Origin: Candidatus Hydrogenedentota bacterium
GTDB taxonomy: Bacteria > Hydrogenedentota > Hydrogenedentia > Hydrogenedentales > SLHB01
Reading direction: 5' to 3'
Assembly (NCBI GenBank): GCA_029974275.1
Contig: JARKSN010000079.1
Span: forward strand, 1-14,022
Length of the DNA: 14,022 nt
The notes under the pieces were generated by a model. It did not search any database and was not told where the DNA came from. It saw nothing but the letters and a program-made list of their open reading frames with translations. Shown here piece by piece: positions 1 to 7,639 of this stretch. The first letter of the stretch is position 1; every line of letters starts with the position of its first letter. Both the position numbers and the translations under genes were made by a program.

Positions 1-384
1 GGTGGCGACGATGTTCGCGGTGATGTCGCCGTCTTTATCGTCGATGGCCGTCGCGCCCGCATCAACATAGACCGCGTTTGGGTTCACGGTCACCGGGTTG
101 CTGCCTAGCATTGTGATCACGGGCGGGACCGTGTCCGGCGGTTCGACGACATTCACGATGCGCACGACGGGCGTGGCTGGGTTGCCGGCGGCGTCGCTGA
201 CGGTATAGGTCACGGTGTATGAGCCGAGGACTGCCGTGTTCACCGTGCTGGTGGCGACGATGTTCGCGGTGATGTCGCCGTCTTTATTGTCGATGGCCGT
301 CGCGCCCGCATCGACATAGACCGCGTTTTGGTTCGCGGTCACCGGGTTGCTGCCCAGCATCGTGATCACCGGCGGGATCGTGTC
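1..384. repeat. Tandem intragenic repeat, 249-bp (83-aa) period, encoding Ig-like DUF5011-type domains
   Basis: Positions 1-135 match 250-384 with 8 mismatches in 135 nt by manual alignment. The array probably continues beyond the left edge. Confidence 0.93.
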
Positions 385-2892
385 TGTCGCAAAGACCAGC
401 ACCGTGCCGACCAATCCGTAGCCTTGCCATATGGCGTTCGCGTACGCCTGAACCCGGTATGCATAGGTGCCGTTGGGCTTGCCGGTCATTGGGTAAGAAG
501 TCCCGACGACGCCGTTGTGCACCGTGGCCCAGTTGCCGAAGGAAGCGATCTCGGTCCCTGTGATGGAGATATCGTCGAGCGCGTAGCCGTATCCTGGATA
601 GGCGGACCAGCCGTAGGGGTACTCGAAATTCGCAACGAATCGAATCAGGCACAGGTCATTTGCGGCGATGCCGAGGGCGCTGATGGCGGAGTAGGCGTGG
701 GTGCGTTGTGCCCATGGATCAATATACCCCGCGTACGACGCCAGAGTCTTCCATGTGTTCCCGCCGTCGTTCGATATCTGACAGACAAGCGACCCGCTCC
801 CCGTGTAAAGGTGCGAGAGCAGGTAGTACGAGACCACCGTGCTCGGTGTCACTTTGAACGCGTTGCGCAGGGTGATCGCCTGCACCGACGAGTACCATTT
901 GCCGCTGTAGTACTGGTGCATGGCGTAACTGTACGAACCTGACCTGGCGCTGCCGCTATCCCGCAGAACGGTCCCGCCCAAGGCCCAATTCTGGTTCATG
1001 GCGTCCTCGCTCTCGGCGCTGTCCGAGAAGGTGGTCAGGGTGACCGGCGCCCCCTCCTGAATTTCGTAGCGGGCGGCGTTCGTGCAGGCGCCCCAGGTTA
1101 CGGTGTAGTTGGGGCTTGACGTGGAGAAAGAGGATACCGTCGGCTTCAATGTGGAGGCCGTGTAGCTCATGACCGCGCCGGGGGCCGAGAAACCGGCGAG
1201 TTGTATGTAGGAGTAGAATGCCGGAACGTCGCTTCGGTTGTACGGGTGTGACGTCTGGTACAGCATTGCGTTGGCGCCCGGCGTCCCGGTTTGGTCGCGG
1301 AAACCTCCGGCGAGTCCACTGGTGCTGGTCCAGACATCGCCCGGCTGCGAACCGGCGGTCTTTGCGCCCAAGGAATTGTTGCCGTCCGCCTCTTCGATCT
1401 TCACGACCGGATGCGCCCAGGTCCCCAGATCGTTGTCCGAACTCTTGCTGTCGACGTGATAGATCAGCAGGCCCGGATAGATGTTCGCGTCGTTGTCAAA
1501 ACCAACATTGGCCCGGTTCTCCACGAGGAAGTACTCGCCGTTGGACATGCCGTCCCGGAACAAATGAACGCTGGGACTGTCCTCGACCCGCGGCAGGGTG
1601 ACCGTCCCCGACGAGTGGATTTCCTCCGGGCTGACAAACCCAAGCATGCACTTCGACCACGCGCAGAGATGCGCCGGCCGTTTGCCGTCCGACCCGTTCC
1701 AGCTGCCGCTCGCCATGAGTCCCCAGTTCCCAATCCCGTTGGTCGCGTCGCTGTAGTCGTAGAGGTCGGGCAACCCGAAGAAATGCCCGGTTTCATGGCA
1801 AATGACGCCAATGCGGGTGATGCCCGTATTGGACATGAGCCCCCGCAACGCGGGCTCGGTATGGTACGTGAACATCTGGACGGAATCTTTTGTGACAGGA
1901 GAAGACAGGCTCCACTTGTGGGACCAGATGCAGGTGGAGGGATTTCCGCCATACTCTTCGCCGTGGCCGGAGTGCAGGATGGTCAGGTCGTCCACCCAGC
2001 CGTCCCCGTCCGAATCGCCCTGCGAGAAATCGAATCCCGCGGCGTCGGCCGCGTTGATCGCGTCCAGGACCATTTGCTGGGGTTTCGCGTCAGACCCGCT
2101 TTGGTTGGCGCCGTAGTACGACTCATTCTGAGGCAGCCGTACCCAGATGCTGACTGCCGAATCCACCGTCAGCTTTCCGTAGGAGACCTCTCGATAGTAG
2201 TCCTTGACCGAGCCCACCGCGCCGTCCGCGGAATAGCCGATCTCATTGAACAGGCTCGTGTACTCGGAGACGTTCGCCCGCCCGTGTGCCGGCAGAACCG
2301 TCCCCGCCGCGCTGTCCCAGTGGTCTTTGAAACACGCGAGGATGACAATGTTCTTCACGGTCTTGGTTCCCGACACGGGAACTCCGAGAGGTGGAGAGCC
2401 CGGCGTTTCCGACGTTGCCGGCAGCGAGGATGTCTTGGGGGGCGCGCCCGGGTACGTCATGCCTGCCTCCTGCCGGCGCCTGTCCACTTGCTGACGGACA
2501 AGGGCCCGGTCGGGCAGCGCGTGCTTCTCTACGCCCAGCGCAACCGGGTTGGACGCCCCGACGCGTCCGTCGGGAACCGCTTCGAACGCCGCACGATCCG
2601 TCGCCGGCTTCGCGTATTTCCAGAACCCGTCCGCCGGGTCCTTGACGACCGCATACCCTTGCTCGGTCTCGTGCCAGGAAAAATGCTCGTCCCCGCGCAG
2701 ACGAACCTTGGCCATCGAACCATCCGGCTGAGTGACCTCAACCGCGTCTGGAAACGCAGGCACCGCGAAAGCGCCACGACATGCCGCAAGAGCAAACATC
2801 CAAACCAATGCCCCGGCGGCGCGCCGCATGACCGCACGCTTGGAAGACCCGCCCCACCGCGCCTCAACGGATAACACTTTCCCCGCACCCAT
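1..2892 (-). CDS. Secreted M6-family (immune inhibitor A-like) zinc metalloprotease with FN3-like, jelly-roll-like and tandem Ig-like (DUF5011-type) domains; 3'-truncated at window edge
   Basis: Translated by hand as an open frame from ATG 2892 (purine-rich GAGGAAAGG upstream; alternative ATG 2829) to position 1. It has a signal-peptide-like segment (MRRAAGALVWMFALAACRGAFA), then the M6 N-terminal motif VPAFP...QPDGS...LRGDE, plus GSVKDYYREVSYG, DSDGDGWVD, HSGHGEE and IWSHKW. The zinc motif GVICHETGHFFGLPDLYD (HETGH at 1783-1797) is followed by GIGNWGLMASGSW, EYFLVENR and GLLIYHVD. C-terminal repeats read DTxPPVITMLGSNPVT...YVDAGATAIDxKDGDIT. Confidence 0.93.
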   Translation of the reverse strand, partial: MGAGKVLSVEARWGGSSKRAVMRRAAGALVWMFALAACRGAFAVPAFPDAVEVTQPDGSMAKVRLRGDEHFSWHETEQGYAVVKDPADGFWKYAKPATDRAAFEAVPDGRVGASNPVALGVEKHALPDRALVRQQVDRRRQEAGMTYPGAPPKTSSLPATSETPGSPPLGVPVSGTKTVKNIVILACFKDHWDSAAGTVLPAHGRANVSEYTSLFNEIGYSADGAVGSVKDYYREVSYGKLTVDSAVSIWVRLPQNESYYGANQSGSDAKPQQMVLDAINAADAAGFDFSQGDSDGDGWVDDLTILHSGHGEEYGGNPSTCIWSHKWSLSSPVTKDSVQMFTYHTEPALRGLMSNTGITRIGVICHETGHFFGLPDLYDYSDATNGIGNWGLMASGSWNGSDGKRPAHLCAWSKCMLGFVSPEEIHSSGTVTLPRVEDSPSVHLFRDGMSNGEYFLVENRANVGFDNDANIYPGLLIYHVDSKSSDNDLGTWAHPVVKIEEADGNNSLGAKTAGSQPGDVWTSTSGLAGGFRDQTGTPGANAMLYQTSHPYNRSDVPAFYSYIQLAGFSAPGAVMSYTASTLKPTVSSFSTSSPNYTVTWGACTNAARYEIQEGAPVTLTTFSDSAESEDAMNQNWALGGTVLRDSGSARSGSYSYAMHQYYSGKWYSSVQAITLRNAFKVTPSTVVSYYLLSHLYTGSGSLVCQISNDGGNTWKTLASYAGYIDPWAQRTHAYSAISALGIAANDLCLIRFVANFEYPYGWSAYPGYGYALDDISITGTEIASFGNWATVHNGVVGTSYPMTGKPNGTYAYRVQAYANAIWQGYGLVGTVLVFATDTIPPVITMLGSNPVTANQNAVYVDAGATAIDNKDGDITANIVATSTVNTAVLGSYTVTYTVSDAAGNPATPVVRIVNVVEPPDTVPPVITMLGSNPVTVNPNAVYVDAGATAIDDKDGDITANIVAT

Positions 2893-2968
2893 GCTCGCAC
2901 CCTTTCCTCGTGGTGGCCAGGCAAGAAAACGCCGCCCGCGCCACGATTGCACCCCATAACACGGATCT

Positions 2969-2997
2969 ATGGTGCACCGATACCGCAAAATTGTCAA
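2969..2997 (-). promoter_or_regulatory. Possible sigma70-type promoter of the M6 protease gene
   Basis: Minus strand TTGACA (2997-2992), 17-nt spacer, CACCAT (2974-2969). The -35 is perfect and the -10 is poor. Confidence 0.35.
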
Positions 2998-3193
2998 GAG
3001 AACAAAATCGAAATCACGATGGGCGATTTCGCACAGCCCAACGCAAGCGCCTCCTCGATTCGGGTGAGTGCCGATATTGAGCGAGAACAACCCGAGGCGA
3101 ACCCGAAACGGAGATTTCCCAAGCCCAGAATGGCATCCTCCAGGCTCGGGCTGGAATACCCTTGAGCAAGAAAGCAGAGACGGGATTTTGTAG

Positions 3194-3545
3194 ATGACCA
3201 ACACCAGCAGCTATCTGCAGGCGCAGGTAGCCGGCATGCTCGCCGACCAGACAGGCACGCCCCCCTCGACGGGAACGGCGCGGCACTATGGGGATGATAA
3301 TCTCGGCTCCGCCCGAGGGATCTATGGCGACGACACGTTCACTTTAGGATGCCAAAGGTCTTGGCCTGACCCACGCATTGTATGACGCGGATCTTGAGAA
3401 CAAGGAAATGACCATTTCCGACGCGGATCTCCGCTTTCGCCGTAGAAAGTTCCTCGTCAAACGGTGCGCAAGACTGGCGATGGATGCCGCGGGTTTGGCC
3501 GGTCCCGCAAAGAAGCTTCGGGCGTGGATGCGTCGTGGCGCGTAA
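3194..3545 (+). pseudogene. Possible frameshifted gene remnant or pair of small ORFs, function unknown
   Basis: The 63-aa ORF 3194-3385 overlaps an open +1 frame, 3348-3545 (DAKGLGLTHALYDADLENKEMTISDADLRFRRRKFLVKRCARLAMDAAGLAGPAKKLRAWMRRGA*). Removing one G at 3347-3348 fuses them. I recognise no family. Confidence 0.3.
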
Positions 3546-3618
3546 ACCGACCGCACTGGCGTCGGATTGCATGGGGGGATCGAGGGGGCGATCCGTATTT
3601 TGGCCTTAAAAATAGGGC

Positions 3619-3647
3619 TTGACAAATGCGTCGTTAGTTTGTACACA
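3619..3647 (+). promoter_or_regulatory. Putative sigma70 promoter of the HU gene
   Basis: TTGACA (3619-3624), 17-nt spacer, TACACA (3642-3647), preceded by an AT-rich UP-like tract (about 3596-3614) in a GC-rich background. Confidence 0.55.
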
Positions 3648-3769
3648 AACGGTACACGCACGGTGCGTAGGGCCAGCGGGAACGCGGGACCAGGTTAGGG
3701 TATGTGCTCGTGGCGGAAGGCCCGGGCATGAAACGAGGGAACATCGCAAAGCGAACAAGGAGAACGGAC

Positions 3770-4063
3770 ATGGCAGCGAAGAAAGCTTTGACCAAAGCGC
3801 AGATCGTCGGCGGCCTGGCCGACAAGTGCGGCCTTAGCAAGAAGGACGTGAACGCGTTGATTACGGAGTTGGTCGCCTTGGCGTATAAGGAAGCGAAGAA
3901 CGGTTTCACGATTCCGGGTCTTGGCAAGCTCGTGGTGCAGCAGCGCAAGGCGCGCACGGGCCGCAATCCCGCCACCGGCGAAGCCATCAAGATTCCGGCG
4001 AAGAAGGTCCTCAAGTTCCGTATCGCAAAAGCCGCGAAGGACGCCATCGTTCCCGCGAAGTGA
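3770..4063 (+). CDS. hup: HU family DNA-binding protein (97 aa)
   Basis: MAAKKALTKAQIV...FTIPGLGKLVVQQRKARTGRNPATGEAIKIPAKKVLKFR carries the HU/IHF arm signature GRNPxTGExIxIP. SD AAGGAG at 3757-3762 supports ATG 3770 over the track start at 3704. Confidence 0.96.
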   Translation: MAAKKALTKAQIVGGLADKCGLSKKDVNALITELVALAYKEAKNGFTIPGLGKLVVQQRKARTGRNPATGEAIKIPAKKVLKFRIAKAAKDAIVPAK

Positions 4064-4083
4064 TTCCTCCTGACTCCTCCATT

Positions 4084-4118
4084 GGACCGGCCCGTCTTGC
4101 CTTCGACGGGCCGGTTTC
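4084..4118 (+). terminator. Stem-loop, likely intrinsic terminator between convergent hup and glycoside hydrolase genes
   Basis: An 11-bp perfect stem, ACCGGCCCGTC (4086-4096) / GACGGGCCGGT (4105-4115), with an 8-nt loop and a short T run, about 20 nt after the hup stop. Confidence 0.7.
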
Positions 4119-4141
4119 GCGTTGGGGGCGCCGGCGTTGCG

Positions 4142-5545
4142 TTAGGGGAGGATTTCGATGCGCCCCAGCTTGTACCGTCGGCGGCCGTCTTCGTCGGGCA
4201 ACGGCAGAGCGATCTTGGGCGTTCCCATTCGATCGCCTACCGAGACGAACACGTCATAAGTTCCTGCGTTGACGTTTGGCGCGAAGCCGTGCGACGACTG
4301 CGTCTGTTGCACCGGCGCCTCGCCCGGCGCCGCCACGCCGAGGCTGCGCATATCGAAGGCGGCGTTCACGAATACCGCAACAATTCCCCCTCTATCGTCC
4401 TTCAACGTAAAGGCGACGCATCCGCCGGGATAGCACGGGGCGACGCCTGCGTTGGCCCAGGACGATGCAAATGTGACGCGATCGCCGAGCTGTATCTGGA
4501 TCGGCCATGACGCTTCGCGCAGTTGCAGGCGGTAGCCCAGGCGCAGGTTCACCTGGTCGATGAGTTCACGTTCTTTTTCGAGGAACTCGCGCGGCCACCA
4601 ATGAATGGACATATAGCTGGCGTGGTATTCTTCTATGGCGCGCATGAAAATTTCGCGGATCCACGCTCCCCGCTTCACGGAACTGCCGTAGTGCTCGTGT
4701 TCGAGCAGCACCGGCGTGTTGGGCCAGAACGCCTGCGCCATTTGTCCGTGGTAGTACGAGTCGGGCGGCGGTTGCACCAGGATGCTGTCGTCGCGCAGGG
4801 TGAGGCCGCGTTTGAGCGCGTATTGGATGGGTTCGTCGCCCGAGAAGCTGTAGTCGTCGTTGGCGGAGAGCAAGGTGCGCTTGAAGTGTTTGAGGTAAAG
4901 GTCGATGTGCTTGTTGATGATGCGCGGCGGCACCTTGATCCTGGTGCTGGCGAAAGTATGACCTTCGCCCCAGACCCCATAGGAGCCCACTTCGATGAAG
5001 GCGACATGCGGATTGCCGTCGTAGCGTTTGGCGGCTTCGGCGAGAAACGCTCCGTGTTTTTTCAGAAAGACCTTGTCGCCGTAATCCGGTTCCCAAAACG
5101 GCCCGTTGGGGTCGACGCCCTTGCCGACCGTGAAGCGATAGCCTTTCGCGCCGGCATCTTTCACCCATTTCGGGGTGGCGTATTCCATGAAGGACTCCGA
5201 CACCGTGAATCGGAAGGCGACTTGCATGCCTTTGTCGATCCAGCGCTGCGCGGGGGCGTCGACGACCGACCAATCGTAGACCCCCTCCTCCGGCTCGATG
5301 TGCGCCCAAGGAAGCCGCATGAATACGCACGAGAGCCCTGGGAAATCGTCGAGCGTGTCGGAAGGCTCCAGCTTCGATCCGTAGTTATTTAAATGGTCGG
5401 AGTAAAAGTGGAACATCCAGCCCATCATCGGATTCACGAGGGCCGCTCCGGTGTCCTCGGGATGCACGACCACGCGTTCAGACTGGGCCCATGCGGGCAG
5501 GGAAACGGCAATCAAGAACGCACAGACAAGGGGGCGGAATCGCAT
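4142..5545 (-). CDS. Secreted clan GH-A glycoside hydrolase (GH42/beta-galactosidase-like TIM barrel) with C-terminal DUF4832-like domain
   Basis: Signal peptide MRFRPLVCAFLIAVSLPAWA. Motifs NPMMGW, RLPWAHIEPEEGVYDWS, TPKWV and YDGNPHVAFI, with candidate catalytic Glu in GVWGEGH and LLEHEH. C-terminal LGYRLQL...WANAGVAPCY. SD AAGGAGG upstream. Confidence 0.8.
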   Translation of the reverse strand: MRFRPLVCAFLIAVSLPAWAQSERVVVHPEDTGAALVNPMMGWMFHFYSDHLNNYGSKLEPSDTLDDFPGLSCVFMRLPWAHIEPEEGVYDWSVVDAPAQRWIDKGMQVAFRFTVSESFMEYATPKWVKDAGAKGYRFTVGKGVDPNGPFWEPDYGDKVFLKKHGAFLAEAAKRYDGNPHVAFIEVGSYGVWGEGHTFASTRIKVPPRIINKHIDLYLKHFKRTLLSANDDYSFSGDEPIQYALKRGLTLRDDSILVQPPPDSYYHGQMAQAFWPNTPVLLEHEHYGSSVKRGAWIREIFMRAIEEYHASYMSIHWWPREFLEKERELIDQVNLRLGYRLQLREASWPIQIQLGDRVTFASSWANAGVAPCYPGGCVAFTLKDDRGGIVAVFVNAAFDMRSLGVAAPGEAPVQQTQSSHGFAPNVNAGTYDVFVSVGDRMGTPKIALPLPDEDGRRRYKLGRIEILP

Positions 5546-5572
5546 GGCAGGTCCTCCTTCAAGGGCGAATTC

Positions 5573-6349
5573 CTACGAACGGAAACGCGGTCTACACAGC
5601 ATAGCACAGTTGTATGTCCAAAGGCGCCGCGCCAACCACGGAGCCAGACGCAACGTCAACGCTTTTGCGGGGTAGATCGCCAAAGCGGTTTTACCGTGAA
5701 TGCGTTTGTAGATGGGATAGGGAAAATTTGTTACAACCTGCTTCACGACGTCCAACCCGCTCGTAATCGCCAACCGCCGCAAACTGCGCCGCGAGAAAAA
5801 CTCGAGGTGCCCGAGCGTCTTCCCCGGATCGCCCGCGGCGTGGCCGCCCTGTTCCGCCGCCAAATGCCGTTCAACGAGCCAATGCCATTGCAGGTTGTCT
5901 TCGAGCGGCACCTCGACAAACACGTGGCGCGCAACACGTCCGGCTTCGTATAGCAGCCGACGAGGGAATTCGAGGTGTTCGACGACATGGCTGAGCGCTG
6001 CCACGTCGAAGGACTGATCCGGATAGGGGAGAGTATAGCCGTCGAACAACGCACACTCGGCGAGCTGCGGGATGGCGCGTTTTAGAGTTGTCTCGACGCC
6101 GGACGCCGAGATTTCGATGCCGGTGTAGGTTTTGCCAAAGGCAAGCTGCGACAGGCGCTCCAGCACGGCCCCTTCGCCGCAGCCGATGTCGAGGATCGAG
6201 TCGTGCGGCACATCCCCGCATAACGCGACGATATTGTTCGCTTTCTCGCGTCCGACCAATGTGCGCCATGCCGTTTCGTCGCCGGTATAATACCGGTCAT
6301 AGTCGGCCTGCAGCGTTTCTCGGACCGAAAATTCTTTCACGATAGGCAT
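5573..6349 (-). CDS. Class I SAM-dependent methyltransferase (258 aa)
   Basis: Motif I ILDIGCGEG, plus YTGIEIS, LPYPDQSFDV and SHVVEHL. ATG 6349 follows AGGAAGAAGG. The 92 extra N-terminal residues in the track ORF look non-coding. Confidence 0.9.
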   Translation of the reverse strand: MPIVKEFSVRETLQADYDRYYTGDETAWRTLVGREKANNIVALCGDVPHDSILDIGCGEGAVLERLSQLAFGKTYTGIEISASGVETTLKRAIPQLAECALFDGYTLPYPDQSFDVAALSHVVEHLEFPRRLLYEAGRVARHVFVEVPLEDNLQWHWLVERHLAAEQGGHAAGDPGKTLGHLEFFSRRSLRRLAITSGLDVVKQVVTNFPYPIYKRIHGKTALAIYPAKALTLRLAPWLARRLWTYNCAMLCRPRFRS

Positions 6350-6383
6350 CCTTCTTCCTTGACTGTTTCCGCGTGACGTTGTC

Positions 6384-6412
6384 ATGGTACCGCAAAGGCC
6401 TCTGGGCGGCAA
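6384..6412 (-). promoter_or_regulatory. Putative sigma70 promoter of the methyltransferase gene
   Basis: Minus strand TTGCCG (6412-6407), 17-nt spacer, TACCAT (6389-6384), ending 34 nt upstream of ATG 6349. Confidence 0.5.
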
Positions 6413-6642
6413 CGGGGGAGTGGGGGGCTGAAATTTCACGTCGGGCGCGCCGCTGAAACCCGCGACATGGGCGGCGCTTGTGGGGTATGCTACGCGAGCG
6501 CGTCCGAAACGTCCGTTCGGCGAGGCGCTGTGTTCCCTGCGGCGGACGACATTGCGCAGGTCTTGGATTCGGTTGACGCTTACGGGCGTTCGTGCGCCGT
6601 TGAGCGCCTGGGAGAGGCGCGCCAATCAGAGAGGAGATATCT

Positions 6643-7596
6643 ATGCATCCGGTTCGTGTGGGCGTGGTCGGCGTTGGGCATCTTGGCTATCATCACGCGC
6701 GCCATTATGCGCAATTGCCCGGCGTCTCGCTTGTGGGCGTTGCCGACCCCGACGCCGGGCGCGGTCAAAAGGCCGCGGAGGATTTCGGCGCGCCATGGTT
6801 CAAGACGATCGAAGCCTTGATCGAGGCCGGCGTCGATGCCGTCAGCGTGGCGGCGCCGACTTCGGCGCACGGCGCTGTAGCGGCGGCGTTTCTCGATGCG
6901 GGCGTTGACGTCCTGGTCGAGAAGCCGATGGCGGCGAATACGGACGAAGCGGAGCGGATGGTCGCGTTGGCCCGACGGCATGGCCGCATCTTGCAAGTGG
7001 GGCATATCGAACGGTTCAACGGCGCCGTCATTGCGTTGTTCGAGGCTATCAAGCGGCCGCGCTTTATCGAGTGCCACCGCCTCAGTCCGTATCCCAATCG
7101 CGGCGATGACGTGAGCGTCGTTCTCGATCTCATGATTCATGATCTCGAAATCGTCCTGGCGCTTGATGGTTCCGAACTGACATCGATGGATGCGGCGGGC
7201 GTGCCGGTGTTTTCGGAGTTCGAGGATATCGCCAATGTGCGGCTGCGTTTCGCGTCCGGCTGCGTGGCGAACTTGACGTGCAGTCGCATCTCGCTGGAGC
7301 GCATGCGCAAGATACGCATTTTTGAGCAGGACGCCTACCTCTCAACGGACTATAGCGATCAGGAGGTGCGGGTTTACCGGAAAAAAGCCGGAAGTCCCCG
7401 ATCCGTTCAGAACCCCATGGACCTGATATCCGTCGAGTCGCTTCCGGTTCATCGGGATGAGCCGCTCCGTCGCGAACTTGAGTCGTTTGTCGCGTGCGTG
7501 CGCGATCGCGTCCGTCCGGTTGTTTCCGGAGAGGCCGGGCTTGCGGCGCTGCGCCTGGCGGAGCGCATTGAGGCGTTTATCCGCGCCCAGCGTTGA
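6643..7596 (+). CDS. Gfo/Idh/MocA family NAD-dependent oxidoreductase (resembles the UDP-GlcNAc 3-dehydrogenase/GnnA-like group)
   Basis: Rossmann motif VGVVGVGHLG, then APTSAH, LVEKPMA, QVGHIERFN, VVLDLMIHDL and DIANVRLRFASGCVANLTCSRIS. SD GAGGAG upstream. The substrate is an inference. Confidence 0.92.
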   Translation: MHPVRVGVVGVGHLGYHHARHYAQLPGVSLVGVADPDAGRGQKAAEDFGAPWFKTIEALIEAGVDAVSVAAPTSAHGAVAAAFLDAGVDVLVEKPMAANTDEAERMVALARRHGRILQVGHIERFNGAVIALFEAIKRPRFIECHRLSPYPNRGDDVSVVLDLMIHDLEIVLALDGSELTSMDAAGVPVFSEFEDIANVRLRFASGCVANLTCSRISLERMRKIRIFEQDAYLSTDYSDQEVRVYRKKAGSPRSVQNPMDLISVESLPVHRDEPLRRELESFVACVRDRVRPVVSGEAGLAALRLAERIEAFIRAQR

Positions 7597-7639
7597 CGCC
7601 CGAGGGGAAGACGGCGCCTTCACAAGCGTCGCGCGCTGT

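Noticed and set aside
1..384. Repeat pair as a DGR template/variable region
   Set aside because: The mismatches are not adenine-specific on either strand, both copies are in-frame tandem domains, and no reverse transcriptase is present.
1291..2874. 527-aa plus-strand ORF (and 328-942)
   Set aside because: Antisense shadow of the M6 protease gene, expected from GC-rich codon usage. It has no recognisable motifs.
3342..3350. CTT TAG as a prfB-like programmed +1 frameshift site
   Set aside because: The CTT-stop lies in the destination frame, not in the frame of the upstream ORF, and has no properly placed internal SD.
3384..3430. 11-bp direct repeat as a mini CRISPR array or att site
   Set aside because: Only two copies, too short for a CRISPR repeat, and no cas or integrase gene is present.
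3688..3730. SRP (4.5S) RNA-like words CCAGGTTAGG and GGAAGG upstream of hup
   Set aside because: The spacing is wrong, and the conserved AGCAGC strand and long closing helix are absent.
6350..6625. N-terminal extension of the methyltransferase in the ORF track (also 3704-3769, 10635-10718 and 13189-13224 for other genes)
   Set aside because: The downstream ATGs have better SD or promoter context and match the family N-termini.
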